Shown in pieces: positions 1 through 11,900 of a stretch of 64,000 nucleotides of DNA. The notes beneath the pieces were generated by a model. It saw only the letters and a list, made by a program, of their open reading frames with translations, made no database searches and was not told the DNA's origin. The stretch lies in contig OZ316891.1 of NCBI GenBank assembly GCA_973895155.1, positions 10,417,875 through 10,481,874 on the forward strand. The letters run 5' to 3'. This stretch comes from Marsupella aquatica (Eukaryota; Plantae; Marchantiophyta). Both the position numbers and the translations under genes were made by a program. Every line of letters starts with the position of its first letter. The first letter of the stretch is position 1.

Positions 1-1494
1 CACCATTGGGGGAAATAGTGAACCCTTACCAGAAGCCGATAGCTCTAGCAGATTGGTTCATTCAACATTTTAGTGAAGCAGGGGATTGGGTTGCTGATTT
101 ATGTGCGGGGAGTGGTTCCCCTGGGCCCTCACTCTTACTATATTAAGTGAACCCCCCTGAGAACACACACCCCCCGTGTACCCCTTCTTAATATTTTTGT
201 TCACAAAAAAAATCCCATTGTTAATGTAAAAATATTAACTTTTCCTATTAAATTTTATCCTTTTGTAAATTATAATAGAGTTTTTCAAGGAATTGAAAAC
301 ATCCTTGAATTTTTAGAATTACAAATATCATATTGAAATAGATAAAACTTTATCTTTCATAGGGGACTTGTATGTTATGCTCGATCTTCAAGGTACATAT
401 TTTATATATAAATAAACAAAATTAGTACGAGAGAAAATTATAGTTCTTCCTATAGTTTACACACAGCCATGCACTCTTGTCTTAGTGTTCGCAAAAGTGC
501 CTCTGAACTTCTAGTTTCATAAGTACTATATATGTATAATCCAGGAATAATACTCCAAAGTCTGAACCAACTATAACAAACATTGTTGAGCGCCTGAGAC
601 CCCTCCCTCAACACACAAACACATTTGGCCTCATACCTGGTTGTTTGATTCAAGGGAATTCAAAAGTAATCTTGTCCTTCCATGTGGGATTGATCCATGG
701 ATCCCCATCAATCCTAGTTTCCCAACCAAGTTGGGCCCAAAGATTATGGCCCAAAGATTATGGCCCAACATTTACTCAACTCCCCAGTTAACTCCTAAAC
801 ATGCGGGTAAACATGTCTACCCAAACCCATTTGTTTCACCATAAGGGGACCAACGAAACCAAACTTGCCTTAAGACGATAAATAATTAAATGTTTGATTT
901 ACTATATGGACACATGTGCAAATGAAGTGATGACATGTGTGCCAACCATATAGTGACGCTTGTACTTGGCATTTTGGGTACCCTTGCATAAGATTTATGT
1001 GACATGTATTTGATAAGAGTCTTATTACTAATATTATGGCGAATGTATATAGAGGGATGCTGCCTACTTTAAAAACTATTATAAAAATTAGTTTGCATTA
1101 CATTAAAAATACTCTTGTGTTGTTCGCACGTCCTCCCTGTATTCGTAACACTAAGGACCCAGGGAGTGGTTCGACCTCATGCGCTACCTTGTTAGGAAAA
1201 CGTCTGGTGACAGCCGTGGAGCTCAGTTCAAGCCACATGGATTGTATCCGGACCCGACTTATCACGCTGGATGAATCGTGGGACTTGAATGATGAAGCAA
1301 CAGAGGAGGGTACAGGACCCATGAGCTTTGAGGTTCAACCACCTATTGGTGGTACTACGAGCACCCTGACCACTGGAACTTGCATCATTACAACCGCGGA
1401 GGAGAATGACAATTATGAGGATGAAGAGGATGAAGTGGATGAAGTGGAACATGAAGCTCCGGCACTTGATCTTGGCTCATTCCTTGAGGTGTAG
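1..1494 (+). pseudogene. C-terminal part of a beta-class amino (N4-cytosine/N6-adenine) DNA methyltransferase, interrupted by a MITE; 5' part lies outside the window
   Basis: Frame starting at nt 3 reads PLGEIVNPYQKPIALADWFIQHFSEAGDWVADLCAGSGS. Removing the 119-1164 insertion and one TSD copy continues in frame into TSCATLLGKRLVTAVELSSSHMDCIRTRL and an acidic tail. This matches the N6_N4_Mtase C-terminal pattern (HPTQKP..L...I...S..GD.VLD.F.GSGTT..A....R..IG.EL). Confidence 0.85.
119..1164. mobile_element. Non-autonomous TIR DNA transposon (MITE, about 1.05 kb) with 8-bp TSD
   Basis: Termini CCCTGGGCCCTC...AAGGACCCAGGG. Flanked by the direct repeat AGTGGTTC (111-118 and 1165-1172). Removal restores the methyltransferase frame. 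Confidence 0.9.
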
Positions 1495-1517
1495 ACTTTA
1501 GTTTCATTAGTTCTCTC

Positions 1518-2182
1518 CCCTGGGCCCCCAGCATTATTAATAATGGGCTGGACGTGCGAACGGATGAAGGGTGCAAAAAATCTGATTTGAGATTAATTTT
1601 TATAATTGGCTTAGAAATATCAAGGGATGGTTTTATTCAAAGAACCTTTTCTAACTAATATAGGCTTATATAAATGTCACCCAAGTTAATATGCTTCAAG
1701 AGGTGATGTAATATGGATGTGACACGCGTCACAATAGGATTGGTCCTTGTGGTCACCCTTTATTGGAACATGTGTATATGACATATAATTATGCTTGCAA
1801 CATCTATGATTCAGAGTAGTTTAGGACTTTGGAGCTTTTGAACCCTGACTACCCTGCCATGTGGTTCAAAAATGCCCCAAAGTTGAAGTTTGGGGTTAAA
1901 GGGTCACGAACACAAAAATGTATGTACCCAAAACCCTTCTAAAACACTCCCATCAGTTTTAGAACCGTTTGCACATGATAAATTTATAACTTTTCAAGGC
2001 TTTCATAAATGGTGTAAAATGTGAAATTATAATATCTCAAAGGGGCAGATTTATTCTCCAAAATTAAGTTTTTAAGAATAACAAGAGAAATTTTTATAGG
2101 CTTCCAAAAATAATAAGGGGTACTAGGGAGGGGGGTGTACGCACGTATACCTCTTTAGTTTACAAAGGCTGGGGGCCCAGGG
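1518..2182. mobile_element. MITE (665 bp), related to 119-1164, opposite orientation
   Basis: Perfect 15-bp TIR CCCTGGGCCCCCAGC / GCTGGGGGCCCAGGG. 8-bp TSD GTTCTCTC (1510-1517 and 2183-2190). Confidence 0.93.
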
Positions 2183-2279
2183 GTTCTCTCATGTTGTATC
2201 TATTGATCCAAACTTGTGAAATATTGAGGAAGATTATGATTGGACTATGTTCTTATTTCACAAAGTAATGTCTTTGCAG

Positions 2280-3191
2280 GAACCAAAGGAGAATTTTTTA
2301 CTGAAACATGTTCTGCATAGATTCTCACACAATCCTTCTAGTGGGTTTCTTTTGGACAATAAAATATTGAGCCAACTTGAACCCTGTCAATATTTGGAAG
2401 ATGAAATAATGAAATTTTACCTACAATTAATAACCAAGGAACATGGAGATCTGGCTCACTCAGTAAAAACATTATCCTCTTTTTTTTACCCTTGGCTTGT
2501 TTCAAGGATTGAAACAGAACCAGCTGAGACCTTGTTGGAATCAATTCAAAAGATGCGGAATTATTACAAGCCACCATTTTCCCAAATTGAGGTCATTCTC
2601 ATGCCAATTCACATGAACATGCACTGGAGTCTGGTTGTAATATGTTTGGATCAGATTGAATCTTCGATCAAAATGTATCATCTAGACTCTCTTGCCGGTC
2701 TACACTCAACCCATGTAATTGGATCAATACTGAGCAGGTATGTATATATTCTATTACATTTTTTCCATTTTAAATTATTTATGTGGCATATAAATATAAA
2801 CACTTTGGACTAAGAACTTTGAATGATAATTTGCATATATTTTACAATGGAATGGGAATTATTTTTTGGAAAAGTTCCAATGGGAGTTGTGGAGATTTAC
2901 AATCCAATGGTAAGGATTTGAAAAGTTATTTCAACTTTTAATTAGTTGAATTATTAAACACTTTGGACTAACTTTAAGATTCTTTCTCAGGTACCTCAAC
3001 AACCAAACAATTCAGATTGTGGTCTATTTGTTCTTCAAAATATGGACGAAATCAGAATTCAATGGCATATTACACAATGCCTTGATGCACAGTCTTTATT
3101 TACCAAAAAATGGTACAACTCTAAAAGAGCATGTAACCTTAGAAAATTCATTCGAGATCAAATTCTAAAATTGATGCATGTACCTGTTTAA
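2280..3191 (+). CDS. Ulp1/SENP-family (peptidase C48) SUMO protease domain, transposon cargo, intron-containing
   Basis: YLEDEIMKFY...LSSFFY...ILMPIHMNMHWSLVVI...YHLDSL, then after introns (acceptor at 2990) VPQQPNNSDCGLFVL. The His/Asp/Gln/Cys catalytic set is complete. Confidence 0.88.
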
Positions 3192-3229
3192 GGACATCAA
3201 TCTCAATCCTCTGAAGGTGAAGAACCTCA

Positions 3230-6200
3230 CTCTAATTAGCAGACTCTATAATCTTTTTAGTTTTTGCTGCTATCTGATTAGTACTTAAAAGCGCAAAGTT
3301 GTATGCATACACCGCTGTTGATGATAAAACTAGTTCATCTTGGAGAAGTTGATTAGATATATTATCTTTCTCTGGAAAATATTTCCCATCAATAGCAGAC
3401 TCAGCACTTGCCTCAGTTGTGTACTATGTGATTTTGATTCTCTCAAGAATGTCTGCAGTTCTTGTCAAAATCTTTGACACCTTTGCCATCCAAAACAACT
3501 TGCCTTCTGGATCCTTGTGTGCCGCTACACATATCATGGACCACTTATTGTTAACTTACATATCTCTGAAATCTCCAAATTCAGCTTGCTTTCGTCGAGG
3601 TCCGGAGTACATAATTCTCTGTGGTCCAGCAACTTTGTCAACCAAAGTTGGATCAACACCTTTTTTAACAAGTTCATTTCTCACCCTTCGAAGTGTTGCA
3701 CCTTGATTTTGTTGCGGCCAAACCCACTCAAATAACCACTCACCTTCCTCTAGGTGGTTTTTGATAATATCTTTTTGTTTCTCAAAAAAACTCATCCATC
3801 AAAGTTTGTCTTCATTGTCAAAGTAATTGAAACCTTCCTGAATAGCTTTTTCATATTTCACCAGAGTAGTTAACGCACCATCTATATTGGAAGAATCATG
3901 GACATCATCCCTCTCAACACCTTTTGCTGACTTCAGTGACATTTGTGCATCAACCCACATTCTTGAAGTTGGAATGTAATTGACAAACGCCACTGCATCT
4001 CCCCAATCCTGGGTCGTGGAAAGATGTTTCCCGTGAAATGTTGTCTCTTCGTTTCTATCCTCCATGACTCGTTTGAATCTGAATTGCCTTTGAAAAGTTA
4101 TGAGATTGAGATCTCTCAAGACTCTACCTGAGACTCCCTTCTCATTTGGCTGGTCGGTTCCATTGACAAATTTTTGAAAATCGCTACTTCATCCACAAAT
4201 ATGATCAAAGCTTCAGGTGAATATGCTTGTCGAATAATATCCTCAAGAGTCTCCAAGCGAAATGCTTTGTGCTTGTTTAACCTAGATGAAAATTTACTAA
4301 ACATCTGATCTATCTGGTCATGTGTATGACCGACCAACAAGAAACCCACTTTAATCTTGTCAAAAATCTTCAAATCTACTAACATGTGAAGATAAGCCAT
4401 CAAAAATTTATTCTTGTTTTCCCTAGTGGTATTATCTAATTGAAGATATAACACTCTTGGTAATGTCCCATCCCATGTATTCAATACATTTTGAATAACA
4501 TGTATGGTCAAGTTTGCATCATTATGGATATTGGGATATGTCAAATATACTTTTGCTGCAAGGTTCCTGTTGAAGATGAGACAACCTACAACATGAATTG
4601 GAATGAAATATTTTTCATCCATATTCTTCGGACAACGAAGAAAATGTGGTAGCTTTGTTTTCTTTTGATCCATACCATCTATACAAATACCCAAATACTT
4701 GTTGGGTTCATCATAGCATTTTTTACGATGCTTGGCTAACTTCATCCTTTCCAATGATTGTACTTTTTGATGCTCCATAAGGGCATTAATGTACTTTCTT
4801 GAAATGATACAATAACAATGAATCAAAAATCAATAACTAAGGATAACCTTTGACAAATATTGAAGTACATGTCATCAAATTAAAGTTGAAGGTTGTAGTT
4901 AGTGGTGCTTATTTTTATCCTCTTCAGTTGTTGCTTTGTCCCAAAGAACCTTGAATTCAGTACAAGGACCATAAGTAGAAAATCGACTCCTTTTAGGTAT
5001 TCGTACATTTGGAAACTTTTTTTTCCAAACACGCAAAAAATAAGAATATGTAACTTGTTGTTCTTCTCGCAACATTGTTTCAGCTTCAAAGATTCCATGT
5101 ATATATCTCTTGCTTTGTCCAATTGTCTGGCAAGTGATGAATCTCTTTATGGGGAAGACTATCCATATTGTTTTGGAAAAAATCTTTCAACCATTCCACC
5201 AGGTTTAGAAATGAAGGTGAGTCTTCCTTACAAAAGGTATCTCGTTCAATCCTTGTAAACATGTTTGCATGGATTGTTGTCAATCTATTATTACCTAAAG
5301 AATATAGTTTCTTGAATCCTCCTCTACATATAGGTTGTCCATTTACACTATATCCACGAGAAGTACTACTACTGTTCATGATACAACCTCGTAGCAAAAT
5401 ATTTTTCTGCAAGTGTTTAAGACCAAAATAATACTTGCGTTGTTTTGAGCATTCCTCTAGACCCAGAGAGCTCAAGCAAAACTTGTCACAACAGGGATAC
5501 TTAAAAATATCTTTAATTTTGCATTTTTTTAGATTTGCAATGGTAAGTCTATCTTTTCTAATCATCTGATCTCTGATTTTTTTGGTGGGTCTTGTCACCT
5601 CTACTCTATCTTGAATAGTGTCAGGAGAACCTACCCCCTCACTATTTTCTAGTGAATTAAAATTCAAAACAAGAAGATCTTCTGTAGAGTTGTTTCCACT
5701 CTCCACATTTTCTGTAACTGTTTCATGAACAATCTCACATCCCAGGATCTCTTCAACAACATTTGAGGTTATAGCAGTCTCTCTGTCATTTGCAGCCACA
5801 TCTGATCTCTCTTCAGAGTCTTTTGAAAATGTAATAGGTGTTCGGAGATTTCTAGTTTGAAATCTTCTAATGATATTCACATCTTCAGTCGCAGTACCGC
5901 CCACTTGTCTCTGAGACTGTAATCCCAACCTAGGTGATTCTTCTTGACTTGAGGGCTCATCTTGACCATTGAATAATCTTTGGACAAGTTTCAATTTAGC
6001 ATGTACCCTTGAATTTTTGGGCCCTCTCTCCGGCAGCTCACTTCGCAACAATCTCCGAGGAATTTTTTGGACACTAGATCTCTTCCCTCTTTCGTTCTGC
6101 ACTTGCCGTCCAATGGAAGATCCAAAAACCTCACACTGCATCCTCGCCAAAGGGCTTCGAAGCCCCATGTTGTTAGTTTGACCATTCGGTGAAATAACCG

Positions 6201-7075
6201 ATGGGAATACCGATTGGGATCCATGGATCCCAACTTGTATTTGTCCTTCGGGACTTCGAAGTGAAAACTTTCCCACTTGCTGTTCTGCGTCATGACTTGG
6301 CAATTTTCCGTTGCGCAATACGAACTGGGATCCACGTATCCCATTTTGCATTCCACCATCGGAACTCGGGTTGGAAGTCCGCAAGATTGGTGACTCGGGC
6401 ACAGGATTCTGCAAAATACCATGAGGGAATACTAAGGAATCCATGAGGGGATACTAAGGAATCGTATTTGACCCATGGAATTTGGTACTGAAGGAGACGA
6501 AATAGGCAATTTGCATTCACCGTTTCTCAACATTCGAATAGGTAATACCAAGTTGGTATTCGACCCACCAAATTTGGCTCTGAGGCTGTCCCTCCCTGCA
6601 ATTCCGGCACATTCGGACTCCTCATTTGCTCAAACTGTGATTGAACACTGGACACAGCTATCTTCACTCCCGGAGAACAAGACATTGGAAAAACCAACAA
6701 AGATCTTCAGGCGGGCCTACATGGTAACGTTGTTCTTGGCATTAAAAACCGGGGCCTTAGTCTTCGAAGATCTATTGGGGTTCGCGGAGAACCAGGTGTC
6801 TCTGTCGTAGGAACTACATTAGGGTTCTTTACAAGTAGACGTCGTTTAAGAGGTTTACTTGGAGAGACATAGTATGAAATCGGAGCACCCATAACACTCC
6901 TACAAGACTCTGAATCGGACTCTGATTTCTCAGATTCTGAGGAAAATGAAATCTCTGGCACTACTCTCTGTGAGGCTGGTAATTCATTCATCAAACGAGA
7001 TGGAATAAATTTTTGAACAACATCTGGCAAAGATGCATCTGAACTATAAATTGATTCATCACTTGAAGACGCCAT
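3230..7075 (-). pseudogene. DUF7869-type (Sola-like) RNase H-fold DDD/E transposase, frameshifted
   Basis: ORF pieces 6707-7075, 5086-6444, 4116-4826, 3799-4119 and 3556-3795. Cys-rich N-terminal region CCDKFC...ICRGGFKKLYSLG. Core motifs ICIDGMDQ, LQLDNTTRENKN and FLLVGHTHDQIDQMFS. Superfamily assignment is from memory. Confidence 0.75.
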
Positions 7076-7855
7076 AGAGAATCAAACAAGGGTTGTATAG
7101 GAGTACGTATTCCTATCCAACAGAGATACTTCAGATTACAATATTCTATGAAAACAACTACTCAATAGTGAACGAATCTCAAAGTAATCACGAGAAATGA
7201 AGATGAAAAACAAATGCAAGCTCTTCCTTTTATAGTTTTCGGGGGCATTGTACACGTGGCATTCCCTGATTGGTCCGTACGAGGGTTTTTTCAAGTGAGA
7301 GTCTGTCTTTTCCAGGACTGCTGAAATTTAAATTGTAGATTTTCGAGGAAGTCGCCATGGATCCGAGTTGGTCTTCAAACTGGAATATCAAGGTATGCGA
7401 TGCAAAAACTTCAAAATGTAGAAGTTGAATACTAGATGGGATCCATGGATCCCATCTGGTATTCATCCTCCTATTTTCCCGATGAGTTTTTGGACTTGCG
7501 AAAAAAATGGGATCCATGGATCTCAGTTGGTATTCATGTCGAAAGATCTCCTGATGCAAAGTTACAGGTGGAAAACATTGAGGTTGAATACGAGAGTGGA
7601 TACTTGGATCCTGTCTCGTATTCATCATGCGTTATGGGCTAAAAAAATTCCGAACATGTCGTCGGGTTAACTTAACTAACTGTGTGAGTCGACTGTAGTT
7701 CGCGGTTAGTTTTTCGCAGTTTTCCGGTTTACCATAGTTAAAAATTCAAATATTTTTAACCCAAGGTTAAATGGAAGCGTCAAGAGAATGATTTGGTGCG
7801 GTTTTTGTCCATGTTCAATAGTTGAATCCGAAATGGGATACGCCGTATCCCATTT
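6214..7855. repeat. Dispersed palindrome family with core GGGATCCATGGATCCC
   Basis: 6214-6233 (perfect 20 bp), 6326-6343, about 7354-7364 (partial), 7426-7465 (40 bp, 1 mismatch), 7508-7525, 7585-7624, 7831-7855. Confidence 0.9.
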
Positions 7856-8154
7856 TCAGTTTGCCATTTTGAAGGCGAAAATGAAATCTTGTGTTTTCTT
7901 CATTTTGTTTGACTCTTGGATTTAGCTTTTAGAGGATCACGTGAAAAGCATTGTTTTTCTAGGTTTTGGAATTTGCCCTTTTTTTAGATGAAGTGTATCA
8001 GAATTCTGGATTGTAACAATTCTTTGTTTTTGTGTCGATAGTATCTCGATTTGAAATCCGATGTTGGATGCAATTTTGGATTCATCCTCAAAATAACATT
8101 TTTGATCTTAATTTTAGTGATTTTTTGCCATTTTTTGCAAAATTGAAAACACAC

Positions 8155-10938
8155 TTCTCGTTTGGTGGTCATACTTCTCGTTTGGTCCGTCACTGTGTTT
8201 GATGTGTCCATACCAGAGAGATTCACCACTCTTGTCACAGGATCATTAGAATTAGAGAGAATGGAGGCAAAGTCAGTTTTGTTTAGATTTTTCCTTTTCA
8301 AACCACGAGTATTTGGTGTGGTTATGAGAACTGTGTCATGCCGATGGGAGTCTTGTGGAGAGACAGTCCCAGTTGCATGTCCCTTTCTCTTCATTGACTT
8401 GGTCACGATATCTCCGTTAAGGGGAGTACTTCTTTCCAAATCAAAGTCCGCCGCATTGGAAAGAAGCATGTTGGTCGCATCTTCAAATAACCTCGGCGAA
8501 CCTGCTTGATCGGCGGAATGGAACGCCAATTCCCATATAGTCGGTCCCTTTCCTATGTTCAACCCTTTTTTATATGCACTATATCCCGCAACTTGAGACA
8601 GGGCTCGGTTTTGGTCAACTTTGCATGCTTCAAAAAGACCAACTTTTTTCTTTGTAGCCCAGGCTTTCATAGACGCATGCCTTGATTCTGACCCTGTACA
8701 ATTGGGAATCAAGGCACCTTCTGCGCTTTTGCTCTGCCATAGTCCGAATGCAATAATCAGTACTAGCATTGTATTACTAGCGCCCGACGCTGGCACCGAC
8801 AAGTATTTATAACATATGTGAAATACAATTGCAATTATGATTTTGGAACTTTGTGGACATGTTGGACTCAAATACGAGAAAATCATACGGTCAGCGTCTG
8901 GCGCTAATATAAAGTTGATGGAAATGAAAGACAAGAGAGGAGATGGATGTCATACCACTCGAATAAAATTGCCCCACTGGCGCCATTGAATAACCCACCA
9001 GGATATCCAGCTTTGTAGCATCATGAGCTTTCCAGGGACACAGTTTCCTGATTGCCACCAAACCACAATCTCTCAGGACACGCGATACGCTACCACAAAT
9101 GTTGGAGCGTTTCTTAGTTTCTCCCAAAGTCTCCGATGTTCCGATTGACATTCTTCAAGTACTCCTTCCTTGGAATGCCGATGGAAAGATTGATAAAAGT
9201 GAAATGCATCAGAGCGTTCCCTCTCCGGGTCTGGGTGTGCACCAAAAAAAACATTCCGCACAGCATTCCATCCAGCTTGTGCATTGTCCGCCATAAACCC
9301 TTGGATGACAACCTCCTATAATCCATTCTCCTTGCAAACCTCAATCATAACTCTCCAAGCCTTTTCGAAAGACTCAGTGTCTTCACCTTTCAACTCGCAT
9401 GTGAAAATTGTACATAGTGCACGGAAGTTATGGTCGTAGACATGCGCGCTAAAAGTCAACCAATCGGTTGTGATACGGTGCATCACATCAAAACTGACCC
9501 AGGCTCCTTTGAGTCTTCCACCAGGTTGCATTTGTCTCAAAAGATCCACACCGGAACCGTGACCCTTCATGGTCATTTTAAAGATGTGAGGCCTGTCGTC
9601 TTGACATCCCTGACCCCGGAGCAATACCTCTGGAGAAACGATAGGTTAATCCTCTTCTGCATTGGCGAGAGAAAATCTAGTTCACCCCGCCCCTTTTGGT
9701 CTATCCTAACGCTCTGACAAAGAGATGCAAACTTTTGGGGAGTGGAAAGTACCATCAGAGACTTCCATATTTCAGTTTCTTTGATATCAACCATGTCGTC
9801 AACATGTTTGCAGAGAGCTTTCACTATGGACCCTGTAGCAGAATTCAAGATCCCAGCTGGTTTTGCGAGAGGATTGGCTTCATGATTTTTTTAATTAAAT
9901 CCTCAGCCATCTTCTCCGCACTCCTACAGAAGGTTTTTCTACCTGGATGGATATGATCACCTATATGAATCGCCAAGCGGGATATATGACTACATGTTTC
10001 CGCATCAAGTAATACTTGCGGGTACATATAGAACAAACGGGCAGGCAGTCTTTGACACAAAAAGGAATCTGATCACAATAATGACATACAACACCGCCCT
10101 CTTTGATAAAAGATCTGACAGCATACGGACCACTAAGCTTTGGAGTACCGTGCCATGCCTTAGCATTTGCCTTCTTTTTCCTTTGGAAGTACTCGTAGGA
10201 CTTGTTCCGACATTCAATGAATCCCGTATAGGTAACCTTACCGAATTGCCAAAGTTTTTTTGGCTGAACATTCGCGGTAGTTGGAAATATGCATGTCCAA
10301 ATGTAGCAATCTTTGGCACGGTCCATGTCCCTAAGCCTAGAGCCTTTAGAGAGCATCTTGTCAATTGGTGGCAATTCAAACATGACGTTCCCATTATACT
10401 TAGTTGGCAGACAAGAGACTTGCTCATGTTTGAAATCACCCGCTGATATGAACCTTGATAACTCGCTATGACCAGTGGATTTGAGTAACGTATCCATCGC
10501 ACTCCACCGATACATGATCTCCAACTGGTTGGAGCTTCCTGGAGTCTCACCTTTAACGATAGCATATTGCGGGACTTTCATTTTCAACGTAGGACTTGGA
10601 GTGTGATCTCCATCTTCACTAGAAGAAATCTCGACAACATCAAATGGAACTTGGGGGACACTAGACGGTCCTTCATGTTATCTTACTCAAAGTGAGTACA
10701 AAATCCCCGCATATAGATGCCAAAACCGTTCACCATCATCCACATTGAATGTTGCTGCATCTTTGATGTCATCACTGGTTTTGAGCTCTCGAACAATGGC
10801 CTCAATATCATTCATCTTCAAATCAAATCTCCTGCAAAGGTGTCTCTCCCAAACCTGCTTGTAGGTGTCTTCCACAGGGACGGGGATGGTCACAATATCC
10901 CCAGTCTCGAATCGGGATAGAACGATGGACCGAGACAT
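8155..10938 (-). pseudogene. Mutator-like (MULE) transposase with N-terminal WRKY/GCM1-like Zn-binding domain, frameshifted
   Basis: CHYC..CVKDCPARLFY...RLAIHIGDHIHP (GCM/FLYWCH-like). WVSFDVMHR..W.TFSAHVYD. MADNAQAGWNAVRNVF...RSDAFHFYQSFHRH (DxxH in place of CxxH). WISWW. NCTGSESRHASMK. Intron at about 8734-8955. Confidence 0.78.
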
Positions 10939-11900
10939 TGCAATCGAAAACAAATAACAAGGGCTGTAATGTTTCGAGGAAGAAAAGTCTATGGTAATAT
11001 GGATCTTGTATCAGTCAAACCTGGGAACTTCATGTAAACACATCCGTTTGTATAAGACATAAACCATAGTCGACATAGGATCCGTTGGCGCCATAAATGA
11101 ATTTTGTCATTTTTCCCCGATAAGTCCGGATGTCAGACGCATACAGAATGCCAAAAAAGACACCACAAAAATCTTTAACAGACTCTAAGATATTGTATAG
11201 TTGAAACAATTTGAGTAGCGCCTGGCGCTAACTAAAATACCTCAAACATAATAGGCCCCAAATCTCGATATTCCATACTAGCGCTTGGCGCTAGTATACG
11301 AAAAACCCTCCAGATATCCATCAATACTATGAAATAATTGGATTTAAATGATCAATGAAAATGTCAATTCTTTTAGAACTATGGATGAAAAATACTCGTT
11401 ATCACTAGCGTCGGGCGCTAGTATAGGATACAAGTAATGTTTCCCAAAAACCATGAAAACAATACACATTTCTTTAAATATGGGGTTGTTTTGACAAAAT
11501 TTATTTATTGGAGCCACCATTTCAGACCTATTCTATAGCTGATGTTTTTACTAGCGCCGGGCGCTGCCATGACAAACATCCCAATTATCTACTTCAAGGA
11601 AAGGTATTTATAATAGCGCCCGATGCTAGTATTTCGTGTGAGGGAGGAAACGGTCATAACGGGAACATTTAACGGTAACTTCTGAGTTCCGTGTGTGTTA
11701 CCCCTCTTCTACCGCTTGATTTAGCTAATTCAGATCTCCGTATACAGACGTTGGAATCTGCCAAACTTACGAGCTTCTCCCTTTAATCGAAGAGTTCCGC
11801 TGAACTGCATCCTCCTTCTAGAATATATTACACGTTGAGAGTTGATGAGAGTTCCATAATTTCATTGTACGATAGTTTGTACGCTTCTGGAAGGAAGACG

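Larger units (their letters stand above)
1..8154. mobile_element. Right part of a large DNA transposon (MTase, Ulp1, DUF7869 transposase), possibly nested in the neighbouring Mutator-like element
   Basis: Convergent cargo and transposase genes and a shared palindrome family. The Mutator-like ORF loses plausible coding character near 8155. Right boundary is uncertain (about 7860-8155); the left end is outside the window. Confidence 0.5.

Noticed and set aside
685-715. GATCCATGGATC palindrome similar to the 6.2-7.9 kb family
   Set aside because: It lies inside the later-inserted MITE and only the core matches, so it may be coincidental.
1036-1164. N-terminus of ORF 1036-1494 as a real protein start
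   Set aside because: It derives from MITE sequence. The true upstream coding sequence is nt 3-118.
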